A stretch of 64,000 nucleotides of DNA, taken from Geosiphon pyriformis uo1. Its lineage: Eukaryota > Fungi > Glomeromycota. Position numbers and translations under genes: made by a program. The stretch lies in the NCBI GenBank assembly GCA_016748015.1, contig JAAOMT010000561.1, positions 132,026 through 196,025 on the forward strand, in the 5' to 3' direction. Positions 14,201 through 28,681 of the stretch are shown one piece after another (the stretch's first letter is position 1; each line of letters opens with the position of its first letter). The notes under the pieces are model-generated. The model was not told the DNA's origin. It saw only the letters and a program-made list of their open reading frames with translations, and searched no databases.

Positions 14201-15890
14201 ATTATCACAAAAAATGTCAAACTTACTATAAACAAACAAAATTTAATCTAACAAAATCTTAGACAAAATTTTTTTAGCAGTTTTAATCAATAAAATAAAC
14301 TATGTATTTATTAGAATATTATCTCATTTATAAGATTTTGGGATTATTGAGACTTATGTTTTTTTTTATAAAACTAAAATATTGTTAACAATTAAATAAG
14401 AATTCAGTAAATCTAAAAAACAGTCTAATATTATATTATTATAATGCTCTAAAGTTTTTTGAATATGTCAAATAAATTTACAATTTTGCTTTTAAGCAGA
14501 TTACTAAATATCAAAACCAATTTTTTTATATTGAATTTTCTTATTATATTACAAAAAACATTGTTTTTTATATAATTTAAAAAAACATATTAACAAAACT
14601 ACAAATTAAATAATATTAAAAGCACTTTATATTTTCTGGTTTAATTTACTATAATTTTATTAATTCTAAGCTTTACTTTTTTTGGTTTTAAAATTAATTT
14701 GTTTTTAACTACTAAGTAATTCAGTATTTTTTTGTAAAAAAATTATTTTAAAACATTTTTTATATATTTTTTTTATTAAAATTAAAATTTTCTATTTATT
14801 TTTTAATCATTTTTTTAATAGACATATTTTTGGTCATTTTTGTTTTATAATACTTGGATTTATAATAACTTTTTTTGATTTTTAATAAATGACCAATTAC
14901 ATATATAAATTTTATACCATTATAAAACATATTACTGATCTTAAAAGCTTTAACAACATTTATAATTAATCAAATTTCAACAAAACAATTTAATTCAGAT
15001 TTATTGCTTAAGTTTAATTTCTTTATTATTTTAGCTATTAGCAATTTTAGCTTAAAAAACTTTGAAAACTGTTTGTTTTTTGAATAATTAATTTTATTAT
15101 ACTAATATTTAGAAAAAATTTCATTAGCTGAATCTGTTATTATCTTTTTCAAAAATTTTTATATTATATTCAAATCTTTAAGATTTTTTGTATCTATAAA
15201 TTTACTTAATAATATTAAAAATAATACAGAAAATTGCTTTCTAAAATATACTTATTTAATATTATTTGTATCTTTTATCTTAAACTTTTAATAATCTCTA
15301 TTAGTCTGTTTGTAAACATTATTCAGATAGATATTTAATAAACTTTTTATACTAATTAAAATTATAATGGCTTTGTAATTAGTATTAAAAAAATCAGACA
15401 CAAAACTAATTACACAATATATAATAGCTAATACCAAACTTTTACTTATAAAAATATAATTAATAACTTTATTAACTCCTTTAAAATTGCTTTAAATAAA
15501 AATTTTGGCCAAAAAATATTCATAAAAAAAATTTATTAACTCTAAATCCGAGTATTTCTAAAATTTACACATCTTTTAGAATTATTTTTATTGAAATTAT
15601 CATTTAAAATTATAAAAAAACTAAAATTAGTCATGTTAAAAATGAAAAAATTAATGTTAAAAATCTAATTAAACCTAATTCTAGCAAATATACCAGCATA
15701 TAAATCTAAAATTATGACCAAAAATTTATTTTTAAACAAAAACAAACTGAAATAATTTTGTTCAGAATCTTTTTTATCTTTAAAATATATTAAACCAAAA
15801 AATTATTTATAATAATAATTATACTAGTATTAAAAAGTTTTTATTCAAACCAAATATAAAAATTTAATGTTATTTAAGTAAAAAAACCAA
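11290..15890 (-). mobile_element. Heavily decayed LINE (ORF2 region plus 3' UTR)
   Basis: Minus strand retains remnants of the endonuclease motif (IDYIF...DFFDTDHKAI-like, about 15370-15470), the C-terminal YPxVLCL remnant (about 11960-11990), and a 3' UTR at about 11295-11435 matching 35200-35345. Confidence 0.7.
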
Positions 15891-18460
15891 TCTAAAATTA
15901 TTAAAAAAACATAATTAACATATAATAATATAAAAAAACATGATAATATAAGATAATACAGAATAATACAAAATAATACAAAATATTACAAAATAACTCA
16001 AAATAATACAAAATAATATAAAATAATATAAAATAACACAAAATAACTAATAATAACATAAAATAACTAATTATAATATAAAAAAACAAAACAATAGTTA
16101 AAATAATAAGTAATAATTAATAATAATAAACAATTAAAAACAATCTTATAAAATTAAAAAATATGTATAAAAGCAAATAATTTAACAAATAGAAAAAAGC
16201 AGTAAAAAAAGAACAAAAAAAAAAATTTTTTTTTTTAATATCTTATTTTTAGCTTAATTAATTTTATTTTATATATATATGTAGACTAATTTAATAAAAT
16301 ATTATTAAATCAATTGTTTTTTTTATTTTTGCTTTAAGCCAAATACTATTAACATAAAAATAATTTAAAATTATAATAATTTGGACTAATTATTCTTAAT
16401 TACAATGATAGATAATACTAAATTATTATTTTTTTTCTTTTATTTTTTATTTTTTATTTTTTTTATTTATTTTTTTTCTTGTAAAATAGCAACATTAAAA
16501 ATTAACTGTTTGAAAATAAACTTTATAATAGTCTAGTAAAAAAAAAAGTTTTTTTTAAATTTAAGTATTAACTTTATTTTATTAATTTACCAGAAAAACA
16601 AAAAAACTATGTTAAACTTTAGTGATTGTACTTACTAACTTAAAAAAAATACAACAAGAATAATACAATTGAAGAAATTATATCTTTGTGTTTTATAACT
16701 AAGGAATTTAATAAATAAAATATTAAACAGAAAAATTTTTTAAAGATTAATAACTTGTAATATAATTTAAAACAACTTTATTTGATATACAAATTGCTCT
16801 TAACAGTAAATTATAAATGTCAAATATTACAAATATACTTTATCAAGTTTACTTACAATATTTAATGCTTTTTGTAAAATTATAAAATCCACAAAAACAA
16901 AAAACTTACAAAAGTAGTAACTATTAAAATAGTTGAAAAGAATACTTATTTTTTAGAAAAGCATTATATTAGTATTTTTAAGAAGATCTAAAAATCCTTA
17001 AAGAAATATTTATAGTCAAAAGTAATTTTTTCTACTATATATATATCAAGATCAATTATTATTTAAACAGAACAATAAATACTAGAAAACTTGAAGAGTA
17101 AATTCATTAAAACTTGCTATTATAATTAATTTTAACTACTAAAAAAGCAATTGCAGAAACTTTTCTCTTTATTGACAAAAAAATTGAGATATATATGCAA
17201 ATTTATTATCTATAACTTAAAAAAAATTATAGCACAAAAGTTTTATTTAAAGAATTTAAGTTAAATATAAAAAACAATACTCAGTAGCAACTTATACAAA
17301 AAAACTCCAATTTATAGCAAACAAAAAATCAAATTTTATTATTATTAATACTATTTTACTATTAGACTTCAGAAAATAAAATCTTATTAAATTAATCAAA
17401 TAGTTTATAGCCAAAAACTTTAAGAACTCTTAAAAATTTTTATCTTTAAGATTTTAACAGAAATTTCTAAACTAAATTATTAAGAAAATATAAACCATTG
17501 TTTGAAAACTTTATTTTAGCAATAAATACTATTTTTCAGAATATTGTTACTTAGAAACAACAAATATTATAATTATTGACTAAATTAACAACTATTTTTT
17601 TAAAAAAAACATTACTATTTTAATTTATTATAAAAATTAACAAAAAAAACAACTAGTCTTAAGTTTAATTAAACAAACAAATTTATTTTTCCCAATCTCT
17701 TTTTTATTAACAAATAAATAATTCTTTATTATTTCAATTATAATATACAAAAACATTATTAGATTAAAAAAATTTTTTAATAAAAAAAAACACATATACA
17801 TAAATTGTAAAAGTTAAGAAAACAATTATAGTTAACAATTAAAATAAGACCAAAACAATTTAAGTTTTACTTTTTTTTTTAATTAAAACTATAGACTTAT
17901 AATATTAAAGTTTTGATAAAAAACCAACTGATTTTATTAACTTCAAACTTGCTTTTTATAGTATTTTTGCAACTTTAATATCTTAATTTAAGTATAAAAT
18001 TAATTTAATATTATAAAACAAAAAGATTATAAAACAGTTATTACATATTTTAGCCAATTTAATCAAATTTTTTATTAAATTTAAGCTATTAATAAGATTA
18101 TTATACACTTAGCTAAATTTTAAATTAGTTTATTAAAAAATTAAAAAGTAGTATTTTCTAATCTATTAGATTCTAACATCCAAAAATTTTACAAAATACA
18201 ATAATATTTATTTATAATTTTAAATTAATAAAACAAGAAACAAATTACATTTAAGCTATTAATTTAATCATAAATAAAACCTCTAATATTGATAAAAAAC
18301 TTATCTAATTAAATAAAATATTAACTCAAAAAATTCAAAAAAATATTAGTTTCTATAATGTTAAGAAAATAATAATATTACAAAGTATTAATAACAGCAA
18401 TCTTGAAAACAAAATTTTTGTAACTGTTATTATAGTTAAAAACTTAATATTACTAATAAA
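15890..18460 (+). mobile_element. Decayed Ty3/Gypsy 5' region and gag
   Basis: gag-like remnant at about 17980-18300 (IKQKD..VTTYL..FNQI...QF..L.SSI pattern); 15900-16860 is duplicated at 27770-28542 plus 35351-35480. Confidence 0.55.
15945..16060. repeat. 10-bp tandem array (AAATAATACA consensus); second copy at about 27790-27890
   Basis: Visible 10-nt periodicity. Confidence 0.8.
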
Positions 18461-20503
18461 AAATTAAGATATTATTAGCATAAAATTATTTTTATAATTT
18501 TTATTATTAAATAATATATATTATTGTTTTAATTTATTATTTATTATTTTATTAAATTATCTGAATTACTATTCAATTAATAACTTAATTTGTATAAAAC
18601 ATAAAAATAACTAAATTATAATAATCAGATTATGTAATATATTGAACTATGTAATATTTAAAATTTGCCAAAATATTTAGTAATTTAATAAAATATTTAA
18701 CAATTTATCAAAATAATCTATAATTTATACAAATAACTTATAATTTAACAAATATATTTTTAATTTATTAAAATATTAGAAAAAAAAGTTTTAAATTAGA
18801 AAATAATACTATAATAAGTTGTATAAAAAAAAAGTTTTTCTTTATAAAAAAATATATTTTAGTTAGAACTTATTTTAATTAATTAACTACTAATTTTAGT
18901 AATTTATTAGTAATATTAGACCTAAACAGAAAATGATTTTTTTAAACAAAGTTTTTTTTCTTTTATATTTTTTATATTTATATTTTTTTTTTAAAATACA
19001 TATTAAAGTAGTCTATAAACAAAATTTTTATAGAAAAGTTAACTTTTATAATAAAATAATTACATATTTTTAGTAAGTTTCTAAACAAGCATTTTTTGGA
19101 AAAAAATTAACTTTTATTGTAAAGTAACTATACAAATAATTAATACAGAGTTGGTTATTTTACTTATAAGTCTAGTAGTTTAAATTATAAAAGATAATTT
19201 AAAAATAAATTCAATTATTAAAGTTTAATAACTTCTAATAATAAAAAATTAATAGCAAAACAATATTAATAACATTCAAAAAAAGAGACCAAAAACCTTT
19301 GGTAATATCAATTATATTGTAAAGAATTGTTACAAAAAAATATTAAATCAGAATTGTAGAAATTAATATTAATAAACAACTAAAATATTTACAATTTACA
19401 GAATTTTAATACTTTTTATCTTAATATTAACAATTATAATACTTATCTCAATTATCATAAAATTATTATTAACATTATAAATAATAGTATAAACATTATT
19501 TTAGTACCAAACTCTATAATATAGTAACTCAAAACTCTAAGTTATTAATTATAATTAAAAATAGTAAAGCAATAATAAAAATTAAACTCAACCTATTACA
19601 ATACTATTTTAAAATATAAATTATAACAATCTATTACTTTAAGCAATACCAACAAAATATTCAAACCAGATTTCATATTTTGGTTTTACTAAAACTTTGA
19701 ATTTTAGTAATATTGTATTTTTAAAAAAAAACTGTAATTAAAATTATCAATTTTTTCTTTTTTAATAATAAATAAACTACTTTTAAGATAATTTTTTTAA
19801 TTACAATTACTGAAAATAAAATATTACAGTCATATTTCTATTCAATATTAACAGTTTAAATATTTCTGATTTTTTTAATAGAGCTGTTCTTAATCAAAAT
19901 AAGCTAATTATAACAATATATATTAATACTACAGTAAAATAAATGAGTATTAAATTAATATTTAACTGTAAATTAACTGGCAACATAATTATAAAACAAC
20001 TTATAAATCAATTAGTTTACTGAATTAATTAGATTATTATTGTTAGAATTGTTATGATTAACAAAAATACCAAAATATTAATTAGAAAAATTAACTACTT
20101 TTTTTTCAATATTAATAGAATTATAATCTCTACTAAAGTTTTAATGATGAAAATAATTTAATACTAAGCTTTAGTTAATAATAATTAGTTGGTTAAGATT
20201 TAAAACATCTTTTTATTTCTTATAAAAATTTTTGAATTGACTTTAATAACAATATAAAAAAAATTAGGTCTTATCACTTAAAAAATTTATGAATTTAGAT
20301 TTAGTAAAAAAGAAAATATACAAGTTAATTATGTAAAAAACATTAATAACAAAGTAAAACTTATTTATACTTATATAATAATTTTAATCTTATTATATTA
20401 ATAGTATATAATAAAAGTAAAATAAAATATTTAAGATTAAGCTTTGTTATTTGAAACTACTTCAAAAATTTGTTATATAGTAAATATCACAAATTTTTAT
20501 ATA

Positions 20504-23212
20504 CAGGAGAGTATAAAAAATATTGAACACTTTTATAATATGTTATATAAAAGAACTAACTTATGAATCGTTAATTTTTTATTATTATATTAAAATACAT
20601 GTTAATATTTTGTTTAACCCCCATTTGCTTCAAGAATAGCTTGAACTTGATGTGGCTAGACTTGATCAAATTATGATAATAATTTACAGGTATCGCATCC
20701 CATTTTTCTTTAATCTACTGTTCCAATTGTACAATATTTGAGGATTGTGAATTACGTTAATGAATTTTAACTTTAATATATAACCAAAAATTTTCTATTA
20801 AAGTAATATCAGGACTTTGTGGTGGTCAAGGAAGTAATTCAACATTTGAAAAGATAAGAAAAGAATATGCGACTTTTGATGTATGAATTAGTGCATTGTT
20901 TTCCTAAAAAAAAAAACTTTTTTTTAGTTTTTTTTGCATGAAGTTTTACTATAGGAATTGCATAATTAGCCAAGATTTTGTGGTGTATAACTCCAGTAAT
21001 ATGACCAACTAAAGGAACTAAAGAACCCAAACCAATCCATAAAAAACATCCCCAAAACATGTGACTAAAGTTTTTTCTAATTGTGGCTGCAATACAATCC
21101 TTATGAAACTTTTTGGAAGGTTTATGTCATACACATCTAAATTCTGTAGTCCTAAATTATATATGTGTAGATTTATTTGACCAAACAACTTGTTTAAAAT
21201 CTTCTACTGTCTAATTTTCATAAGTACAAGTCCATTGTAAATGTTTTTCTTTATTTGATTTGAAAATTAATGACTTAAGATGAGGAATGCATAAGTAAAA
21301 TCTTTCTTGAGCTAATCCATTTCAAATAGTTTGTATAGAAATAGATTTGTTGGTATCTTTAATAAAATTCAATCATATTTGAAAAAGAGTTTGGTGGTGG
21401 GTTTTTTTATTCTCCATTATTGAATATTTGAATTGTTCACATGCACATTTGTCAAGAATTTGTGGTTGGCCTGTTTGTTTTAAGAAGTTTTTTTAGCTTG
21501 TATAACTTCCATACACATATTACAGAAGAACATGAACATTCAATAATTGTAGAAATTTTACTGTTTGTATGTCCTAACTTTATTACTGAAATAATCTCTT
21601 CTTTTTGGTATTCAGAAAGTTTTTTTCCAAAACACATTTGATGCAGTAAATTTTTTCATGACAAGAATATTTAATATTTTATATATAAGGGGGTATAAAA
21701 AGTATTAGACACTTAATATAATATATAAAAAAGGCTATATATTGTAATACTATTACCAATTTAAGCCATAATTTTTTTTATAATTACTTATAGTTATAAT
21801 CTACAAATTAACATAAATTGTGTTCTTGTAAAACACAACAGTGGATTATACGCATATATATAAAATATCAAACATTTTTGTTATGAAAAAATTTACCACA
21901 TCAAATGTGTCTTGGAAAAGAACTTTCTGAATACCAAAAAGGAGAGATTATTTCAGCAAAAAAGTTAAGACATACAAACAGTAAGATTTCCATGACTATT
22001 AGATGTTTACATTCTTCTATAATATGTGTATGGAAGTCATACAAACTAAAAAAACTTCCTAAAAAATGAACAGACCAATCACAAATTCTTGACAAATGTG
22101 CATGTGAACAATTCAAATATTCAATAATAGAGAATAAAAAAACCTGTCACCAAACTCTTTCTTAAATATGATTGAATTTTATTAAAGATACCAACAAATC
22201 TATTTCTATACAAACTATTCAAAATGGATTAGCTTAAGAAGGACTTTACTTGTGTATTCCTTGTCTTAAGCTATTAATTTCCAAATCAAATAAAAAAAAA
22301 CATTTACAATGAATTCGTACTTATAAAAATTAGACAGTAGAAGATTTTAACCAAGTTGTTTGGTCAGATAAATCTACATATACACAATTTAGAAGTACAA
22401 AATTTGGACATGTATAGTGTAAATCTTTCCAAGAGTTTTATAAGGATTGTATTGCAGCCACAGTTAGAAAAAGCTTTGGTCACATGTCTTAGTAATGTTT
22501 TTTATGAGTTGATTTGAGTTCTTTAGTTCCTTTGATTGGTCATATTACTTAAGTTATACACCATAAAACCTTGGCTAATTATGTAATTTCTATGGTAAAA
22601 CTTCATGCAAAAAAAACTAAAAAAAAGTTTTTTTTTTAGAAAGACAATACACTAATCCACACATTAAAAGTTGCACATTTTTTTCTTATCTTTTCAAATG
22701 TTGAATTACTTCCTTGACCACCACAAAGTCTTGATATTACTCCAATAGAAAATTTTTGGTTATATATTAAAGTTAAAATTTATTAATGTAATTCACAATC
22801 CTCAAATATTGTACAATTGGAACAGTGGATTAAGGAAGAATGGGATGCAATATTTGTAAATTATTATCATAATTTGATCAAGTCTAGCCACATCAAGTTC
22901 AAGCTATTCTTGAAGCAAATGGGGGTTAAACAAACTATTAATATATATTTTAATATAATAATAAAAAATTAACGATTCATAAGTTAGTTCTTTTATATAA
23001 CATATTATAAAAGTGTTCAATATTTTTTATACCTCCCTGTATATACATATGATCCACTGTTGTGTTTTACAAGGACATGATTTATATTGATTTGTAGATT
23101 ATAATTATAAGTAATTATAAAAAAAATTATGGCTTAAATTGGTAATGGTATTATTATATATTGCTTTTTTTATATATTATATTAAGTATCTAATACTTTT
23201 TATACCCCTTTG
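20504..23212 (-). mobile_element. Tc1/mariner DNA transposon, outer copy (~1.35 kb), split at 21685/23040 by an inverted sibling copy
   Basis: TA-flanked TIRs CAGGAGAGTATAAAAAATATTGAACACTT (20504) and rc CAAAGGGGTATAAAAAGTATTAGATACTT (ends 23212); decayed transposase (MFWGCF..G, PQSPDI) on the minus strand at about 20600-21637. Confidence 0.9.
21686..23039 (+). mobile_element. Tc1/mariner DNA transposon, inner copy, 1354 bp, with pseudogenised DDE transposase (about 21904-22941)
   Basis: TA TSD at 21684-85 and 23040-41; ~29-bp TIRs; decayed catalytic motifs WSD(K)S, KDN(T)(L)IH and PQS(L)DITPIENFW. Confidence 0.9.
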
Positions 23213-26200
23213 TATCTGCCAAAGCTTATAAATACTTTAAAATTTTTATCTATAATTTTACAGAAAATATTATTGAGATTTTTAAAAAAATTCTTATTTG
23301 TTTATTATTTTAGACATTTAAAATTCCAAAAAACCTCAATTTATTTCTAATTTTATATAATTGTTTTTATTGTGTAATATTACTTCTTAAATATAAAACA
23401 TGTTAAAAAAAAGCTATCTATTTACTATAAAAAAAATTAATAAACTTAATTTGGTAAATTTAAGTACTTTTTAACAAATACAATTCAAAATTCTATTAAA
23501 CCAATATTTTAATATCTTTGCCAATGAAAATAAATTTAGATATACTAATATTATAAAATATAAAATTAATACTAGAAATACTAAACTTATTAAATAATAA
23601 ATATATTAAGTTATTTTAGATAAAAACAATCTAATTAAACAGAAAATACAGTAAATATTAAACAATAACCCAATAAAAAAATTATTAAGTTTATGATTAT
23701 TATTTATTATTTTAATCACAAAAAAAATGGAAAAATTTATTTTTGTATTAATTATTAAAAACTTAATAATATTATTTAAAAAAATAGCTATTAACTCTTC
23801 TAATTCAAAAATTTTTTGACAATTTAGAGGACAAAAAATAGTTCTCTTTATTAAACTTAGTCTACAAATATTAACAAATTAAAATAAATACAATTGACAA
23901 AAAAACTTGCTTTTATTATGCAAAATAAAGTTTAATATAATGTTTTTTGAATTTTTTAATACTTTTGTTATTTTTTAATGCTTAATAAATATTATGTATA
24001 AAAAAATTCTTTAAAAATTAATTGTTATTTATTTAGATAATACCAATGTGTTTTTAGAAATATTTAATAATTATTTACTTTATTTTTAATAAGTTTTTGA
24101 CTGTTTTTAAATCATTAAACTAAAACTTAATTTTAAAAAATACTTTTTTGAAAAAATTGAGCTTAAATTTTTAGAATATATTATTAAAAAAAATAAAATA
24201 AAGCCAAATTTAAACAAAGTTCAGAAAATTAAAATTTTTTTTGTTTCAGCCAATTTTTGTAAACTACAAAATTTTTTAAAACTTACCAAATATTATTATT
24301 ACTTTATTAAAAAAATTTTTAATATTATCAAATCTCTTTACTATTTGTTTTCAAAATATATACTGTATATATAGAAAACTAAACAACAAAAAACCTTTAA
24401 TTATTTAAGTACTAATTTATCAAAATCTTAATCTTAATATATTTAAATTTCAATAAATAGTTTATTATAGCCACTAATATATTAAAAAATGCTTTTAGAA
24501 CAGTATTATCTTAAATTGGGCCAAATAATAAGAAACATCCAACTATTTATGTTAGCAAAAACATTAGTACAGCTAAAAAAATATACAATATTACAAATTT
24601 AGAATGTTTTGCTATTTATTAAACTATATAAAACTTAAGATATTATTTAATTTAATTTATATACTAATTATAAAAGACTTATTTAATTATTTAGCAAATT
24701 ACAACTTAAAAGAAATATACAAGATAAAATACTTATTTACAACAATTTTTATATAAAGTATATTATAAAAAAATAGTTAAAAACATTAATACTAACAGCT
24801 TATTAAAAATAACTTAAATCTAATTTTGTGTTTATAGATATTATTATTTATCAATGATCATATTAATATTTTTTAACACTTTATTTCAAAAAAAAATTAT
24901 CTTAACAAAAACAAAATGTTATATAAAAAAAAGCTTAAAATTATCTTATTCACAATAAATAATTATATTAATAAAAATACTATATTATAATAAATTATAA
25001 AAGATATTAAAAAAAAATCATTCTGTTTAACATGTACTTTAATTTAACAGCAAAACATTTTAACAAAAATATTATCTTAGCAAAAACAATTAATATATAT
25101 TATTGGTCAACAATATATAAAAATATTTTTGAATATATTTGTAATTGTAATTTTTGTCAAAAAAAAAGAACTATAGTAATAAAACTATTTTAATTTATTC
25201 TAGTTAGAAATTTATTTGATAAAATTAGAATTAATTTAATTAGATCTTTTTCAATTACTATAAAAAAAAATTGATATATTGTAATAGTTGTAAACTATCT
25301 TATAAAATAGCCAAAAATCTGAATTATTTTAGTTATAAATGCCAAAACAGTAGCTAAATTCATATATTAAAACTTGATCTATTAACATAAATGCTCAAAA
25401 AAATTATTATCTAATCAAAAAACTTACTTTGTCAATAATACTTTGGTGAAATTAAGCTAATAATTTAGAATAAAACAATTTTTATTATCTTTATATTATT
25501 TTTAAACAAATAAATTAGTAAAAAAATTTAATTAAATATTGTGCAAAGTACTAACAAAAAAGTTATAAAAATATACAAAAATAAGACTTATTTATACTTT
25601 TAGTATTATTTGTATATTAAACATTAAAGCAAATACTATTTAATTTATATTATTCAAATTAATATATATAAAAAAAATCATATTGTTTATTAAATTAAAA
25701 AAATTTTTTTTTAACAAAAACAATTATTAAAGAGAACTTTAAAGTTACCTTACATTAAAAAACATATTAATTTATAGAAATACTAGAAAACAATTATAGA
25801 ATAGCAGTTAACAATATTAATAACTTTTAAAAATAATAATAAAAAAACATAATAATTGTTTACTAAACTAATTAATTGAATTTAAAATTAGAAACCAAAT
25901 GTTATTATATTATATTAAAGCTAAAAAATAATAGAATGAAAATTTTAATCCAAAATAAAATAAACTATTTTATATACACAAAGTTCTTGGTAATAAAGCT
26001 TATAAATTATAATTATAAGACAGAATTTTAAAAAAAATCATATATAAAAATTGCTTAAAACTTTATTATATAAATATTTGAATTATATGAATTAGATATA
26101 TAAATATTAAAAAACAAGAAAAAAAGCTTAAATATTCTTAGCATAGACCTATTAAATAAAATTCTGAAACTTTTACAATAATTATTTAAAGCAATTTAAC

Positions 26201-28681
26201 AATTCACAATACTAATAAAAATCACAATTAATTGAAAAAAAATATAATACAAAAATATAAACAAAGAAAAAATAAACAAAAATTTTACTAAAACTAAATA
26301 TTTTTATTTTTATAATATTATTAATAGATTTTAATCATTAATTAACATAAAATTACTCTTATAATTTTTATTCTTAATTAGTATATATTACTTTAATATC
26401 ACTTATTATTTTAATTAAATTATCAAATATTATTATCTAATTAATAATCTGATTTGTATAATACATAATTATAATAATTAAATTATACAATATAATAAAT
26501 TCTATAATATTTAAAAATTTATTGAAATTTGTAGAATTTTGTAAAATAATTTAATAATTCATTAAAATAATTTATAGTTTATAGAAACAACTTATAGTTT
26601 ACTAAAATGTATCTTTAGTTTATTAAAATAATAGCAAAAAAAAAATACAAGTTCAAAAATTAGTACTATAATAAATTGTATAAAAAAAGAGTTTTTTTCT
26701 TTAAAAAAATATATTTATCTTAAAATTATCTTAGTTAAAATCAATTATCTTTTTTATATTCTTACAAAAAATAATAAAAATTAAATACTTTGAAAACCCA
26801 AAACTCTTCAAATTATTTACACTTAAAATTTTTTGTAATTTAACTAATATTTTAAAATTAATTAACTAATTTTAGTAATCCATTAGTGATTTCAAATCTA
26901 AATAAAAAATATTTTTCTTAATAAATTTTTATTTTTTTACATTTTTTTAATTTTTTTTTAATTTTTTATTATAATTATTAGAATAGTTTACAGACAAAAT
27001 TTTTGTAGAAAATTAATTTTTACAACACAATTTTAGTAAGCTTTTAGATAAGCATTTTTTGGAAAAGAGTTAACTTTTACTGTAAAATAACTATACAAGT
27101 AATTAACATAGAATTGGTTATTTTACTTATAAGCTTAACAGTTTAAAATATAAGAGATAATTTGAAAATAAATTCAATTATTAAAGATTTACTGGCTTTC
27201 AATAATTAAGAATTAAAAGTAAAGCAACAACAACAAACAGTTAAAAAAAGAGACCAAAAACTTTTAATAACAACAAATAATTAAAAAAAAAGATATATAA
27301 TTTTGAATAATAATTAATTATAAAACTAAACACTAAAAAATAAATTTCTGAAAATTCTAAAACATAGAAAGAAAAATTTTTATTAACATATTGGTTTTTT
27401 AAAATTGATAAAAAACTAGATTTACAGATATTATATATAAATAACAACAAACAAATATTCAATAAAAAAGCTCTTAAATAAGTATTATACTATAAAATAA
27501 TATATTGACTATATATGACATTCAAATACTGTTTTGTTATATTATTAGACAAATTATTAAAGACTATTATAGTTAATAACATAGAATAAATAACAAATTT
27601 TTATTTTAAAGAATTACAAAAAGCAATATTTAATATAATAATTGAATACTATACTAAAAAACAATTTTAAAAAATACATATAATTTTATAAAAGCTCAAT
27701 TCTAAAATAAAAAAATATTATTATTTAAATAAAAACCAATTTAAAACTATTAAAAAATGTAATTAATATATAATAATATAAAAACATAATAACACAAAAT
27801 AATACAGAATAATATAAAATAATACAGAATAATATAAAATAACTTAAAATAATACAAGATTATACAATAATATGAAATAGCACAAAATAATTAATAATAA
27901 TATAAAATAACTAGTTATAACATAAAAAAATAAAAAAATAGTTAAAATAATAAATAATAACTAGTAATAACAAACAATTAAAAGCAATCTTATAAAACTA
28001 AAAAATATATATAAAAGTGAATAGTTTTAACAGATAGAAAAGAACAGTAAAAAAAAACAAGAATTATTTCTTTTTTAATATCTTATTTTTAACTTAATTA
28101 ACTTTATTTTATATATATATAGATTAATTTAATAAAATCTTATTATTTAATTTATATATAAATATTTTTAATATTTTAATTGTCAAAATTGAAATAATTG
28201 TCTCTTTTATTTTTATTTTAGACCAAATATTATTAACATAAAAATGCTTTAAAATCATAATAATTTAGATTAATTATTCTTAATTACAGTAATTAATAAT
28301 ACTAAATTATTATTATTTATTTATTTTTTTTATTTTTATTTTATTTTTATTTTTTTTATTTGAGTATCAATTTTATCTTATTAGTTTACTAAAAAAACAA
28401 AAAAACAATATTAAACTCTAGTAATTATGTTTATTAATTCAGAAAAAAATATAATAAGAATAATATAATTAAAAAAACCATATTTCTGTACTTTATAACC
28501 AAAAAACTTAATAAATAGAATATTAAACAACAAAAATTTTCAAATATTGTGGACTTCTTTCTCTCTTACCTCCAAAAAACCTCAAAAAGCATATTTCAAA
28601 AGAAGTTTTTTTTGTTATTTTATACTGTTTTTCATTACTTTACAAGAAACAAATCCTTTTGTTGTTGACCTGGCTGCTCCC

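Larger units (their letters stand above)
18500..27275 (+). mobile_element. Decayed Ty3/Gypsy element (protease-RT-RNase H-integrase order) flanked by ~0.8-kb direct repeats (about 18500-19310 and 26400-27275) and interrupted by Tc1 elements
   Basis: Remnants of protease (about 19900-20000), RT YLDD (about 24030), RNase H ATDAS..GAVL (about 24470-24510) and integrase IGIDLIGPLP (about 25220-25260); the direct repeats align by eye. Confidence 0.7.

Noticed and set aside
15901-16089. Hydrophobic ORFs in AT-rich DNA (also 27241-27462, 36945-37172, 47598-47909, 49904-50107, 52851-53091)
   Set aside because: By-products of tandem repeats, microsatellites or low complexity
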